Positions 39,227 through 53,357 of a DNA stretch of 64,000 bases are shown here, one piece after another; position 1 is the stretch's first letter; the number at the start of each line of letters is the position of its first letter. Below the pieces are notes generated by a model, which saw nothing but the letters and a program-made list of their open reading frames with translations, made no database searches and had not been told where the DNA came from. Origin of the DNA: Octopus sinensis (lineage: Eukaryota); the NCBI RefSeq assembly GCF_006345805.1, contig NC_043001.1, forward strand, positions 91,078,001-91,142,000, given 5' to 3'. The position numbers and the translations under genes were made by a program.

Positions 39227-40544
39227 AAAGTCCAGCTTAAACTAACCCCACCTCCTACATTTTATCCTTTCATTTATTATGGTGTCAACCTTACAAACAA
39301 ATCGTACTAAGTATATCAATTATTCTTATATATGCTAATTAACTGCCGCTCTGCTCTGTCTTTCTTTGGCCGGGAAGGGCAGGAGGCAGTTTGGCTTTGG
39401 GCGAAATCGGTTGTGAGGTGGACGCGACTGGAAAAAAAGAAGAAAAATAATTATCGAAGATAGATACTTCCCTCTTCGGTCAAGCCCTCATCGACTTTTT
39501 TTTCAAGTTCCTTTTGGATTCTAGAATGAGAGAATAGAGAGGGAAATGTTGCTCTCTAGTAAATCTGTCGAATGGTGGGTGAAATTGTTGAGCATGGCCT
39601 GAATGTATGGGCCTATAGTCAACATGCACCTGTAGACCGGGGAATGACAGATAGGACAAGGCACCTATCCTTAATAATTAAAGTAATCCTGATTCTGTGG
39701 GGTTCCTTGATTGGTCCTAGGTGGCTGCCCACCTCATATTGGGGATATTATTCTTGCTGGTTGTTGTATTGGTATTTGTTGTTGCTTTCATTTTTACCCG
39801 ATGTAAACCCCTCAGTTGTTTAAACCTCGCTCTTTCACTGTCCCCAAAGCTTTCAACCCCTGTGACAAACAAATGATGATTATTATTATTATTGGTGGGC
39901 ATAGTCAAATATTAAAATGAGGTAAAAAGAAAATTCTTAATATTTTCCCAAACCCCAAATTCTTTTATAATTTTGCATTTAAAAATTTTTTCTTTCTCCC
40001 TCAAACCTTTGTGCACTACATACTTTCAACGTGCAAAAGATGTGTGTTTATTGTTGGATTAAAAAATAGTTCTTTATATTTTATGCCCTACGACCAACAG
40101 GGTGGCCATAAAGTGGAGGTTCATTTTACAACATCTGTTGTTATCCCAAACGTTCCCCCATTTTGTGTCAGTTTCGTGTATAAACAGTTGTGTGCGTGTG
40201 ATGTCGTTGCTATTATTACATAGATTGCTTTGGCGTTCCTGATAACGTGGCGAACGTTCAATAATTGTGGAAAAATGAAAATCGCTGCAGAAATGGTGTT
40301 CAGCTCTTGGTGATTTGACTTCGATTCCCAGTTGTTAGCCATTTCACTTCACTTCTGGTAATACCTTCTGATACCTTTTGAGAAAGGCATGGACGTCACA
40401 TAATCTTACCTCCTCTGTATAAATAATCTGTGAACTTGTGCCTGTGCAAAGCAATCAATAATTGTAGAAAGTGAGATAGTAACTGTAGTCGCTGCCATAA
40501 GAGGTTCTTTAAACTGTGTTTTAAATGTGGCTGGAGTATGTCAC

Positions 40545-40749
40545 GCACATATACATATATAAACTATATATATGTATATATCTATATATATATATGTATA
40601 TATATAGTGATCCCTCATTGTTTATATATACATATATACTGTATATATATATATATTTATATATACTGCATATATATGTATGTATATATGTGTATATATA
40701 CTCACACTGTATATATATATATATGTATATATGTGTATATATACTCACA

Positions 40750-40795
<46 letters not shown>

Positions 40796-41185
40796 CACAC
40801 ACATACTGTATGTATATAGTATGATAGATCGCTAGCCACTACACATTCTTTATTCTCTCTCCTTGTTTTTTTCTGTGGAAGAGCGTAGGTTAGAAACGTT
40901 AAAGACTTTTTCACTTCCCGAGCGTTAAACTAATACATCTGTTTGTTGTCTACACCACCTCTCTTCGTCATTTGTTTTTTTTTTTTGTGAATTCTCCCCC
41001 TGTATATATATATATATATACACACACACATACTGTATATATATATATACACACACACATACTGTATATATATATATACACACACACACATACTGTATAT
41101 ATATATATATACACACACACATACATATACTGTATATATATATATACACACACATACATATACTGTATATATATATATATATAAT
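40545..41185. repeat. Compound (TA)n/(CA)n microsatellite arrays flanking a 180-bp insert
   Basis: Direct reading; actgtatatatatatatacacacacacat units. Confidence 0.85.
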
Positions 41186-44100
41186 TGACAATTTATTTAT
41201 GTAGATCTAGCAGGCAGGTGCTTCTATACCTCCTGTTACTCATGATGTCTAATCGAGACACTCATAAACAGATTCCTCCATGGACCTGTTAAGAGCGAAT
41301 AGGTGATATTACACAACATCACTTCATTTGTGTCTTCATTCTGTCAACAATGCTTGAATTTCGTTCACAAAGCAAAATTTCATATGTATGATATTTGATG
41401 TGTCAATTTTAAGTAGGTGTGTATATATGAAAAACGATGATAGAGAAATAAATGTTGTGAGGGGTCAGTAAATATATTGCTTTAGCGTTTATTTTTTCCC
41501 CACCTCTGCCTTCTTAAAAATCGTATTATTTTTATAATAGTATATCATTTTATGATACTGATACAACAACAATCTGGGTTGCTTTAGATAATTTTGGATC
41601 GTTAAAAATAATGAAGCTTAAGAAAAAAAAATTTAATACTTTGCACCTGTAATGAATGTATTTTTATCACGTATCTATGGTGATAGATATTTTTTCTCGT
41701 TTTTGTTTTTCATAACTGTCATGGAGCTATTTAAAAGCAAATGCATATAAATGTGGGTCTGTGTGTATGAATTGGCATATATAAATGCATATCCTCCATA
41801 CATTCTCTAAAGGAATAAACGCAATGTATAACACCTAGGTTTTAGACTAGCTATTGCTAACCTGGATTTTAAAACAGTCGAATTATACAGGTAGGTCTAA
41901 CTCGATTTCAGTCACTCCCAACACTCTTAAAATCTACACGTCCTAATTATCATCATGGCCCCTCTTCTCTTGTTAAATTTCCTTTACATATATAGTTTAA
42001 ATGTGAAAATGTGTCAACTCTACAATGAAATTCTTTGGATCCTTATATATAGGCATACGCATGCATGCATGTATGTGTGTGTGGTCGGTTTTATCGGTAA
42101 CTCTGCATTGATAACTGTTAACCGTTGAGTAGATTATTAATGTTAAGTACGGATTTATGTAGTCTCACCTTTTTATAGATATTACATGTCTATTGGTATT
42201 ACTATGATATAAAACAACGATGATTTCTGCCCTACTTTTTCTTCTATCTTTTTATGTCACAAGCCGTGGTATTCATGTTTGAACGGCAGGGGTGTTTCAA
42301 TGTTTTGCGCTGAGTTTTTCACGTTATCTTGCCAAAATGTTGTCCACACTTGAAGCACTGGACTGCATGCAAAGTGCTGAGCTAAATGTCTAGTAGTATT
42401 TAGTTTAATCACCCTACGTTTTGTGTTCAAATCCTGCCGATGTCGACTGTGCTTTTAATCGTTAATGGTGGTGGTGGTCAGTAAAATATGCAGCTAATTA
42501 AGTACTGGGGTTAATTATTACATTAAAGATTTGCCCCTCCCCCGCCTTAGTGCTAATATTAGAAACCAACATTATGACCACAGTGGTTTGACATACATGG
42601 AACGACTAGCTTAAGGAGCCATCGTTCATCCGCCCCCAACGCGCACACGTGCACAAGTAGTTATTTTCTTTACGGTCTTGTGAGCACCTGATTCTATTTC
42701 TGTGGCGTCTTTTCATAGTCATGGCAATGGAAACGACACTTAACCTAGATTTTTTTCAATTCGATATGCTTCATCGTTTTGAGTTCAAGTACTAATCTGG
42801 TCAATTTTATTTATCATCCCCACGCAATTCCAGTTATATACGGCATCCATTCAATACGGTACATGTTCCCATTCTTTTCATTACAAAACAGTTCATGTGT
42901 TTGTGTAAAATCAATTGTTTCATGCCTCAATCCCGGCCTTCCCAGCTGATGTAGCGCTGAGATAATAGGCGGTTCGATTAGGGTTTCCTGTGTTTTGTTA
43001 TATAGGTCTGATGAGATTTGAACGTAAAAAATTACCATTTTAAGTATGGTGAGAAGTTTGTTGCGAGAGGTGGGTTGGCTGCTACATTGAGCTGAACAAA
43101 CGTCTACATACAAAGGAGCACTCTGTCTCTCTCGCTCTCTTCTATATGTCAGTGTCTCTATATCTGAACGTATGATTGTGTGTGTGTGTGTAGTGTATTG
43201 GTCATTTTTGCTGAAGCAAACTAAATGGTACAGAATGTGTAGGTAATGTCTAGGTGTAGTGTAAGTTCAGCCTACCTGAATATGCAACATGTCACTCGAC
43301 GTGTTTTGCTTCTGTACATTTTAAGCGCATAATCAACATTTTTCATTGTAACACTCGCGATGTAATTATAGGTTGCAGGCCCTTCTGAGATTGAAGAACT
43401 TATTCAGTATTACAAATGTTTGTAACTATTTCTCTCCCCCCCCCGCTTCTTTTTTTTACTCGACTGCAAACAACCACCAGTTTATTCGGATTCTATTTTT
43501 TTCTAAAGTAGTAAAAAACTAATTTCTCGAGCGTGTTTTTTTTTTCTTTCATTCATTCGAACCGGACTTCTCGTATTTTTGTTGAAGATAGCGCAGGTAT
43601 TAGTGGGCTCCGGTATATATGCTGTCGTGTTTTGAGTTTATATCTCTTTAGATCAAAATAAGAACCAGTAACGCACACACTAGATAAGGTCAATCAACTC
43701 TACCTTCCAATAATCCTTTCTATTATAGGCACAAGACCTGAAATTTGGGGGGGGGAGGAGACTAGTCGATTACATCGACCCCAGCACTCAACTGGTACTT
43801 ATTTTATCGACTTCGAAAGGATGGCAGGCAAAGTCGACCTCAGCGGACTTCGAACTCAGAACGTAGAGATGGATGAAATACCGCTAAGCATTTTGTCCGG
43901 TATGCTAACGATTCTGCTAGTTCGCCACCTTCCGATAATAATAATTATGGTTTCTAAATTCGGCTTAAAATGACGGTAGTGATTTGTTCAATCCACACCG
44001 TATATGACTGGCACTTGTATGGGCACTTTATCAACACAGACAGAATGAAAAGCAAAACCACCCTCGGCGCGATTTGAACTCAGAACGTATCGAAGTACAG

Positions 44101-47100
44101 CAACGCATTTTGCTCGCAGCTTTACCAATTCCATTGAATAGTTTGGTTCATTTTATTTTAATATATCCTATTTTGTTTGTACTGTTACATCCTAGCTAAA
44201 TTTTCACCGATCCGAAATCTTTCGAATAAATTCTTTAATTGATCAATTAAATGTTCTTATTTTAATTGAAGGTATCGATATTTGCTGATTTATAATTCAG
44301 CCAAAAGTTCACTTAGAGTAAGCCCACTATCTCCGATCAAACACTTACGCTTTCAGTTGTAGGTGTGAAGCGTTGTAGTGTATTCCCTGCATACATAGAC
44401 ACGTATATGGTGTTATGGCGAAACATCGCCGGTGTTATAATTATAGCCTTAGCCATTAAAAATATATTTATATATCTAGCAGGTGATTGTTGTTGTCGAA
44501 TCGATTCGGTAGCTTATTTTCGAACCTGGTTGCAGCAATTTTATTTGAATAATCATTGAGAAACGTGTAAACATAGCAATATCCATTTTACCCACCGATT
44601 AGTTTATTTAAAAAAAAAAATTTATCTAAAGCAATCACAATTTTTATTTCGTGCCGAGGGCAGTTAAGCTTTCCGATCTTTTGAAACTCGACGAAATCAA
44701 TACAAGGACTCTTGGGGGAAGGTTGAACGTCACAGCGTCCTATTTCTTTATAAATGTAAAGCCTTTGGGAATTCTCTATTACTTAAAAAAAAATCAGGTT
44801 TAGGTAGATTGGAGAAAAATAGTTTTCATTGTTTATATATATGTGTGGATGGATAGATGGATCTACACAAACGCTTTTAAATGTAAAAATGCATTCATTG
44901 CATTGTTCAGTCTTTGTATTTGTTATACAGCAATAATATAGTTTCAGTACTGTTCTTTCAATTACTGACTAATGGGTTTAACTGTCTCTGACACGCCAGC
45001 TATCAACCGCCAAATTTCTAGTTTGTTTGTGATGGCAGCTGTTATACAACGTGTGTTAATAGCCTGTCGGTTGGTATAAGACCATCTCGGCACACATCTG
45101 TTACTTTTTGCTTTTGCCACGTCTTAATAGAAAATGAAACGTACATTTCCACCATGTTAATTAATAAACATTTAACTATACTGCGCGTAAAGGTATTAAG
45201 CTCTTGGTGGACTGAACCCTGGGTTTGATTCTTAAATTGTAGCTGTATATTACTTGAAAAGTCAGCGTTGCAATAAATACCTTTATCTCTATCCCCTTCC
45301 CCAAAGGAGCTGGGCAGCTGTTAATGAATACCTCTGATCAATTAGGTCATGCACACTGCCACTGTTGCAGTAATTTATAAGAAATATAGGTGTGTGAGTG
45401 TGTATGTGGAGTATTCACATTTATATATTACAGAGAATCAATAAATTTATTAATAAAATAGATATTACCGCAAATAGTATTAATATTCAATGTAGATTAG
45501 TTTAGCTAGTTATCAGTGTTGTTTCAATCTGGATTGCATGAATTATTGTTTACGTGACATGTATGTATGTATGTATGTATGTATCAATCATTAAAAAATA
45601 AAGAGAGAGAGGGACTCATGAATTATAGTTAAGTTAGTGTTTATATAGTGTCATAAAATAGATCTCTAGAAAAGAGTACACACTAATGATGTCATTAAAT
45701 AGCTAATTAGAAACAAATTATGCTTGATAGGAAAACAAGGAGTATCAGTCAGTGACTAATAATGAAATGCTTGACAAGTATGGGAGACAACTCTGGAGAT
45801 GTTTGACTCTCATTAGACCTCCTCTGTGAAGCATAGACTTCATTGCATATGCTGAGGTAGTGATGAGAGAAACATTAAGTAAATGTATAAGGTTGGCATG
45901 CAAAAATAGAAATGTTCAGAGAACAGTTTACTATTAGATGCCATCTGCAAGAGGAAATAATTAAGTTTGTGTTTACATATTTAATGCAAAGAACATCAAA
46001 AAGCTAACTAGACAAGAAAGCATGTAATGAGGAGGTGAAAAATATTACTCAGTGACTAATACTTTTTGTTTTGTTCCAGAACATTGTCTTGCATTCATAC
46101 TATTGCAGTGGTTGAACATATACTGCAGCTGCACTCCTTAATGCTTAACATCTTTCATGAATTTGTAGTTTATCTTTTCAAATTTCCTGCATTGCACTTG
46201 GTTTATTCATTCTTGTCATTTGTACATCTCTTATTGCTGATGTTTTGGTGTCATATGGCTGTACTTTCCAATGTTCATCTAATCATTGATACTGATATAG
46301 TTGTGATGTTATTAGGGATAATGCCAGCTTTTGTTGTGTGAGTCTACATCTAAGAGAGTTAAATGTCTACCCCAGGCAGCTATAATAGTAATAAAACTAC
46401 AAGTTAGCATCTAATTATTGTCAGTAAATTACGTGTTAGCATTGTAAGTACTCTTTATATGAGCCCATAGCCAAGCTTAGCTAGTACTGTTAACTTTATA
46501 TCTCTAATATATGCAGCCTATGGTGTTGAACATTTATCATGAGAAGCTGACAGCACTAACAAGAAAATAGAAACAGTAGCCTATACCATTACCAAATAAA
46601 GTCCAGCTATATTAACAGCTGGTACCTAACCATCTTAAAGTAAATTTCTCAGTCATTATTTCAGTATCAGTATTACGTAATGTATGAATGACTGCGTGGT
46701 TAAGAAGGTTGCTTCTCAACCACATGGTTTTGGGTTCATAAGTGTCTGCTGCTATAACCCCTGGTCCTGGATTTAGCAGATGTAAACTGAAAGAAGCCCA
46801 TTGTGTGTGTGTGCATGTGCTTGTATTTCCTTGTCACTACCATTCAATCAGTATCCTTCATTTCTAATCTTCTGTGTAAACATGTCTGACTTTGAGGAAA
46901 TATTATTTTACTTGAAAACTAGTGAAGGTTGGCAACAGGAAGAGCACTCAGCCTTAGAAAATCTACCTCAACAAATTCTGTGTGACCTATTCAAGCATGA
47001 AAAGTGGATGTATAATTGATGATGATGATGATATATTTAAGAAGAAAACTAGTTAATACTTTGAGCATTACATGCATACTATTCTAGCAATTAAGAAATT

Positions 47101-49000
47101 TGATTATTATCAGAGACCAAATAATTGAAACTTAGTGTAGATATAAATTAAGAAAAGTATATCATCTTTTAAAGGTGATAGTTTTAGTCTAAAAACTGAT
47201 AATATTGTCATTGGTAAAAATACCTGTTCTGGTTTCAGCCATTGGGTTAGGGATGTGCTGGGACAGTCTCAGTGGTGAAATGAAGATGCAGGTTCATTGG
47301 AATGCATTGATTTGAAAGGTCAAGTGTTCTGCTAATACTGGTTGGTGGAGGTGGTCAACTATTTTATTATCACTCTGTTATAAGGTTTGTCTAGCAAAGT
47401 GAAAAGTCTGAAATGGTTGCTTGTTTCTTAGGCAGATAATGTGAAGGAGTCCAGCATTCTTTACATGCTTGATTTCCTGGTCAGCTGAGTGTATGCATGT
47501 GCTTACAGTTAATTTGATTTTGTATTTGAAGGCTGTACACAGTCTCTCATTTGCAGGATAGATGTATTGAAGACATAAAAAACTAAATGTCATAATGTAA
47601 ATATGAATATATTCTCCCCCACCTCAGCTTAGCTTTTCCTGTTTTGCAAGTTACTAGGCAACCTCACTAATGCCAATGGAAAAAAACCCAACAAAATAAA
47701 AAAAAGAACAAAACAAAACAAAAAAAAAAAACACCACCACACACACTGTAAAGTGATTGGTGTTACAAAGGGTGTCTAGTCATAGAAGCCATGCCAAAGC
47801 TGACATCGGAGCTCAATACAGCCCTTGCTGGATCTTGCTAAACATCCAAACCATGCCAGTATGGAAAAATAATGTTGACAATGATAATTATATTGATAAA
47901 TCTTTTTAACTTCTACACTTCCTGGTACTCATTCAAATAGAAAGACAGTGCAGTTTAGAGGAGTATTTCCTTATAATCCTCTCTAACTTGCTCTCCACTC
48001 TCTGTTATGGGTTGCAACAAGTTTAAAAAGTGGCTGTGATTAACTTATTTTCTACACAGCGAATTCCTCTTCCACGAATCATTTTGGATGTCACTTCCTT
48101 TCATGTTTCATGTGTGATTAGATGCATGCAGACTTCAGTATGTGTATATTTTTTTGTGGATGAAATGTTATGAACAAAATGTTGAAGCTATTAGCTTTTC
48201 TCAAGATTTCATTTATAATAGCTCAAAATGCAATTTTTTGTTTTCTTCAACAACGATCTGTTGGTGGTACTGTTGACCCTTTCAGAATTTGAACAAAATA
48301 CCATTTTAAAAGCCAACAACTAGCAAGGATAGTTGTACTTGTTAAACCTTTCTCCAATGTAACCAATGGTATATAGTGACATAAATTCTTGTTACTGACC
48401 TATTCTAGCAAGTTTGTGCATGTATGTGTGTGTGTGTGCTGTGGACATAGTTTAAAACATTTCATTTCATCACCTGCTAAATACTGATTTTAATAAATAA
48501 GTTTTATAAAAAGGAAGATGTCTTATTAATTGATGAATTTTGTAAAGTTAAGCTATTTTTACAGCCCATATTTTTAAAAGGCAAAACAATAATTAGTTTT
48601 GTTTTATTTTTGTTCATTTGTTTTTATTTTTAATGCTGTTTTTCCATGTTCATATGAGTTTGATGAGGACATATTTGAAGCAGGATTTTATAGCTGGGTA
48701 CTTTTACTGTTGCAAACCCTTACCTATTTTTCAAGTAAGGGATTTGTTATTCCATTAACTTTCTAAAAGCTAAGAGTGACCAGTCATAATATATCCAAAG
48801 AATGTAAATTTAACACCGTTTAGCTTAAGCAAAGCATTGTCATCATTGTTATATTTGTGTGCATGCACACATGCATTCTGTCATATATATATAAAAATTC
48901 AGGGTGAATACTTGATAACTGTAAGCACCTGTATATGCCAGTTAGTGGTGTAGGTGATAGAGTATATTTATCAAAAGAAAAACAGGATGCAAAGGACTTG

Positions 49001-49081
49001 GCGGTACATATGTTTCTGGCCTTTATTAGACAATTTATATCAATGCATAATTGATGTATGTCAATAGCCTTCATCAGCCAC
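49001..49081 (-). ncRNA. Type I hammerhead ribozyme motif (left arm of fold-back)
   Basis: GTGG CTGATGA A GGCTATTGACA[...]TGTCTAATAAAGGCC A GAAACATATGTA^CCGC on the minus strand. Confidence 0.65.
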
Positions 49082-49278
49082 GCACAATTACCACACCAAG
49101 GACATGTATTACGTTATAAGTTTGGGAAAAAGACGATTTTCGTTAGGGATGCAAATCCTCGTATTCGTATATGGCAGAGTGAGACACCGAAGCAAAAACA
49201 AAGCGTCCATACCGTTTTTCACTTGAAGTTTTTCCCAAACTTATAATGTAATACATGTCCTTGGTGTGGTAATTGTGC

Positions 49279-49366
49279 GCGGCTGATGAAAGCTATTGAC
49301 ATACATATTACATCAATTATGCATTGATATAAACTGTCTAATAAAGGCCAGAAACATATGTACCGC
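49279..49366 (+). ncRNA. Type I hammerhead ribozyme motif (right arm of fold-back)
   Basis: GCGG CTGATGA A..TATTGACA[...]TGTCTAATA..GCC A GAAACATATGTA^CCGC, with palindromic stem III ACATATGT. Confidence 0.65.
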
Positions 49367-49408
49367 TAAGTCCTTTGCATCCTGTTTTTCTTTTGATAAA
49401 TATATATA

Positions 49409-50674
49409 TATAGGGTAATCCCATAAATAATGCAGTTTTTTAATACTTCTTTTATTTTTCAAAATTAAGATAAAGTTCTTTTTAATCTAAAATATACTCT
49501 CCTTCATTTTCTACAATGCTCTTCCATCTATCTTGTAGACTTGCAAGGCCCCTCTTCCAAAATTCACTTGTCCGGGACAAAAAAATACTCCTCCAGTACT
49601 GTTCTGACCTTTTCTGCAGAGTTCATATTTTTTCTGTCCAAATGATTTTGAAAACTGCGGAATAAATGATAATCAGATGGGGCACTGTCTGCCAAATATG
49701 GTGGGTGGGTCATTGTTTCCCATTCAAACTGCTCCATGTCATCCTCGCTGAATATGGTCAAGCATTATCCTGATGGATGAACACCTTTCGTCTTGAAAGC
49801 AAAGATGGTCATTTTTCTTCTAGTGCTGACTCAAGCTGCTCATAGCAGATCTCCTTTGTTATCTTTTGGTTTGAGTTTAAAAGTTCAAAGTGGACTAAAC
49901 TTTTCATATCCCACCAAACAGATAACAGCACCTTATGTGGGTGAAGACCTTTAGCTTGGGGTGCTGGTGTTTCTTCTTTCCATACCCACTGTCTTTGATG
50001 TTTGACATTTTTATAGAGAACCCATTTCTCATCACCAGTCACTATTTGGTTCAAAAACGGTTCATTCATGAAATGTGATAGCAAAGACAATCAAACATTC
50101 ACTTCCTGCACATGATTAGACTTGGAAAATTTGTGAGGAACCCATTGACCCAATTTTCTGGCTTTTCTGATGGCACACAGGTGTCAATGAATGGTTGAAT
50201 GACCAAATCCAAGCTTCTCTGCTAGTTCCTCAACAGTTACAATGGGATTTTGTTCCACCTGGGCTTGCAGGATGTCATCATTGAGCTCTACATATCTTCC
50301 AGGATGAGGCTCATCTTCTAGGCTGTAGTTTCCTGCTTGGGATTTCTGGAACCACCATTGACACTGGCTTATGCTTATTGTTTGATACCCATATACTACA
50401 TTAATATTCCTTGCGCTTTCTGTTGCGTTGTTGCCTTTATTGAACTCATAAAGCAAAATATGCTGAATATACTCCTTTGTCACTTCCATTATAGCTTTGA
50501 AAAAATAACCGTTAAAATCGAACTGCACTCTTCAAAATTTGTACTAAGACTAAGGACAAGGTAAAATTACTACCTGCTTTTATAGCAAGTTGATACAGGT
50601 AGTTTATCCCATCCCCCTCCAACTTTTAGTTCATGCATTTGAAAAAAATGCATTATTCATGGCTTGACCTAATA
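49409..50674 (-). mobile_element. Full-length but inactivated mariner (D,D34D) transposon
   Basis: About 30-bp imperfect TIRs (gggtaatcccataaataatgc / gcattattcatggcttgacc). Fragmented transposase with ILLYEF, LEDEPHPGR, WVPH, IVTGDEKW, HQDNA and HPPY..D.APSDYHLF. Confidence 0.92.
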
Positions 50675-50842
50675 CATATAAACAACAAAAAGTCAGGAGG
50701 TATGAGCAGTGAATATATTTAACCACTTGTCATCCTTAGGATTATGGTCATTTTGCAGACTTCTTCATGAAATAATAGTTTCAGTTTATAATAAATTACA
50801 TTTACATGTCTGCTCTAATATACATGCTGTGCATTATACAAT

Positions 50843-51221
50843 CATGGCACTCCATCGGTTATGACAATGAGGATCCCATTTGAACCGATCAATGGTAACA
50901 GCCTGCTTGTGACATTAATGTGCAAGTGGCCGAGCACTCCACAGACATGTGTACCCTTAATGTAGTTCTTGTGTGTGTGTGGGGGGGGGGGGTTCAGCGT
51001 GACCTTTGAAATACAGGTATAACAGAAACAGGAAGAAAGTGTGAGAGAAAGTTGTGGTGAAAGAATACAGCAGGGTTCGCCACCACCCCTAGCCGGAGCC
51101 TCGTGGAGCTTTAGGTGTTTTCGTTCAATAAACACTCAAAATGCCTGCTCTGGGAATCAAAACCGCAATCCTTTGATCACAAGTTCACTGCCCTAACCAC
51201 TGGAGCATTGCGTGCCTCTAC
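50843..51221 (-). mobile_element. tRNA-derived SINE
   Basis: Same family as 33407; 12-bp TSD gcattatacaat. Confidence 0.85.
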
Positions 51222-53140
51222 GCATTATACAATACAATTGTATCTATAAATTCTCTTTGAAGGCTTTGGTTGGTAAAGGGCTATAGTAGGAGACACTTGC
51301 TCTGACATGCATTGTTATCTTAAGGCATGGGCACACTGGCTAGTTGCCTAGAGGCCTCACAAGTCTGGGGGCCCAGTTCTTATCTCTTTATGTTATAGCT
51401 TGTTGTCAATAAATAAATACTATAAGGCCCAGTGCACTGATTTGCCTGGGGGCTTCATGAATGTAGGGACCCAATTTTGATCTATGTTGTGGCTTATCAA
51501 TAAATAAATACTATAAAGTCCAGTGCTCTGATTTTCCCAGGGGCTTATAATACTGTTAAGATGGCCCAGGTGATAATGTTGCTGCTAAGATGACCCTGGT
51601 GATATGCAGTTGGACTGAACCTCAAATCATAGCTGCAAAGCAAACTTCTTACCTGTACAGCCAAGCCTATACCTGCATTTCATAATTTTCAATCTAATTT
51701 TGTGATCACTAATTATTTTCATTATTATATTGAGTTAAAATTTTAAAATTTCATCTTTCTGGAAACTTACTTTAACATCCTGGAATTTAGTTATTAAAAT
51801 GATAGAAGACTTTGTCTTCTTTAGATAACCAAAACTAAATCATAAATATAGTTTTCCACTGAAACGAAAAACAGTTTCTATGGAGATTGTTGTCATGCTT
51901 GTTAGATAGTTTTTGAAAATGATGTTCACACAAGTCCAGTTTCCTTTTTCCTATCAATTTGCCCATCAGCCAGTTTTTGTTTTCTAAATGCCTCCCATAC
52001 ATTGTTAGATCACCATTTGTGATTATAATAGTCAAAGACACGTGCATACGCAGAGAGAGAGATGAATGTGTAGATGTACCATGGGTTAGACCACTGACAT
52101 GAAATAAATATATATATATATTGCTATAAAGATAAAGTTGATATATTTTAGGGGAGAAAGGGAGAATGCCTTTGGACTCTGTATTAATACCATATACGAC
52201 AAACATATTTTTTTAAGAAGCAAAAGAATGAGTATGTGCTGAATGGAAGTCTTGAAGAAATGGAGACCAAAATGTATCTTTTAGATAAATGATGAAAATG
52301 ATTGTTAATTAGAGAAATATATGTTGAGGAAATTCCTCAAATGACCAAAGACAAATATGAATTTTGCAAACAACTTAGCTTTAGAGTTAAAACTTGAAGT
52401 GGTACTCACTAGATCATAAATGCCAGTGTATAAGGTGACTGTGTGTGAACGAATACTTGCTGAAATTCTATTTAAAATGTAGTTTCGAGCTATACTTGCT
52501 GTATAAACTATCTAACAGTATTTCACAATAATGTGTTACGAGTATTGGTTTTGGTTCAGTGTTTGAGAAGTTTTCCCAAGATGGATACTAATGAGTTTTT
52601 TTTTTAGGTATGTTTTAGTATACACTGAAGCAAAATCAACAATTATTATCTATAATAGTTATTAAAACTGTGGACTGATGCTGTTTAGTACACTTCTAAG
52701 TGACAGTAGTCTTGGTTAGCAAAATTTAGGCAGTCCATTTTAAGTAACAGTAAGAATGTTAGCTACTTACCACAATATATGTCAAATGTACCTGACAGGT
52801 GTATGTGAGCTTATGATTGCTGTGCTGTTATCTTAAGGTATATTTAACAGACTTGTACAACATTTTTATTATTTTTATTTCAAACCATATTACTATTCTT
52901 GTTTCACAAACATACTTCTAAGTTTCAATAGAAAATATTGAGAATTAAGACTGTTGGTGCTGGGATCCACTAAATCACATAATATTTAGGTTCAGATTTT
53001 ATACTTATGTGTAAGATGATCTCTTGTGTTTCTTTTTTTTTTTTTTTTTTTAAGGTTAAGATTCCATTATATACACTGACATGTATGGTATTCATAATGA
53101 TAACCTAGAAAAATAACTGGCATGTTTAATATGACAGTAT

Positions 53141-53357
53141 TAACCCCTTTATTACCAACCCATCTTGTTCTAGATACAAACTTCCTGTTTAAAATGATCC
53201 AAATTAAAATCTTTCATTAAAATTCCACATTAATTTATGTTCCAAACACCTGTTTCATAATGATAAAATTATTTTACTAAACTCATCATTATTTTTAAAA
53301 TTAATTGAAAGAAAGACAGTTTATTTCAACAGACATATGGGAACAAAAAAAAGTTAA
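53141..53357. mobile_element. TTAA-flanked MITE-like repeat (related copies at about 9420-9510, 10385-10450 and 60515-60730)
   Basis: ttaacccc...gttaa ends; shared internal ttttaaaattaattgaaa..acag..tatttcaacaga. Confidence 0.5.

Larger units (their letters stand above)
48963..49405. mobile_element. Fold-back element with about 170-bp inverted arms (48963-49131 and 49229-49405)
   Basis: Arms are reverse-complementary with a few mismatches, each carries an HHR, and the right end runs into (TA)n. Confidence 0.7.

Noticed and set aside
40521-41191. Many overlapping YI/CV-rich ORFs (also 13729, 24843, 35885, 60804)
   Set aside because: Translation artefacts of stop-free microsatellites and minisatellites.
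49564-50528. Domesticated SETMAR-like gene
   Set aside because: Several stops and frameshifts, TIRs retained, no SET exons; an ordinary dead mariner.
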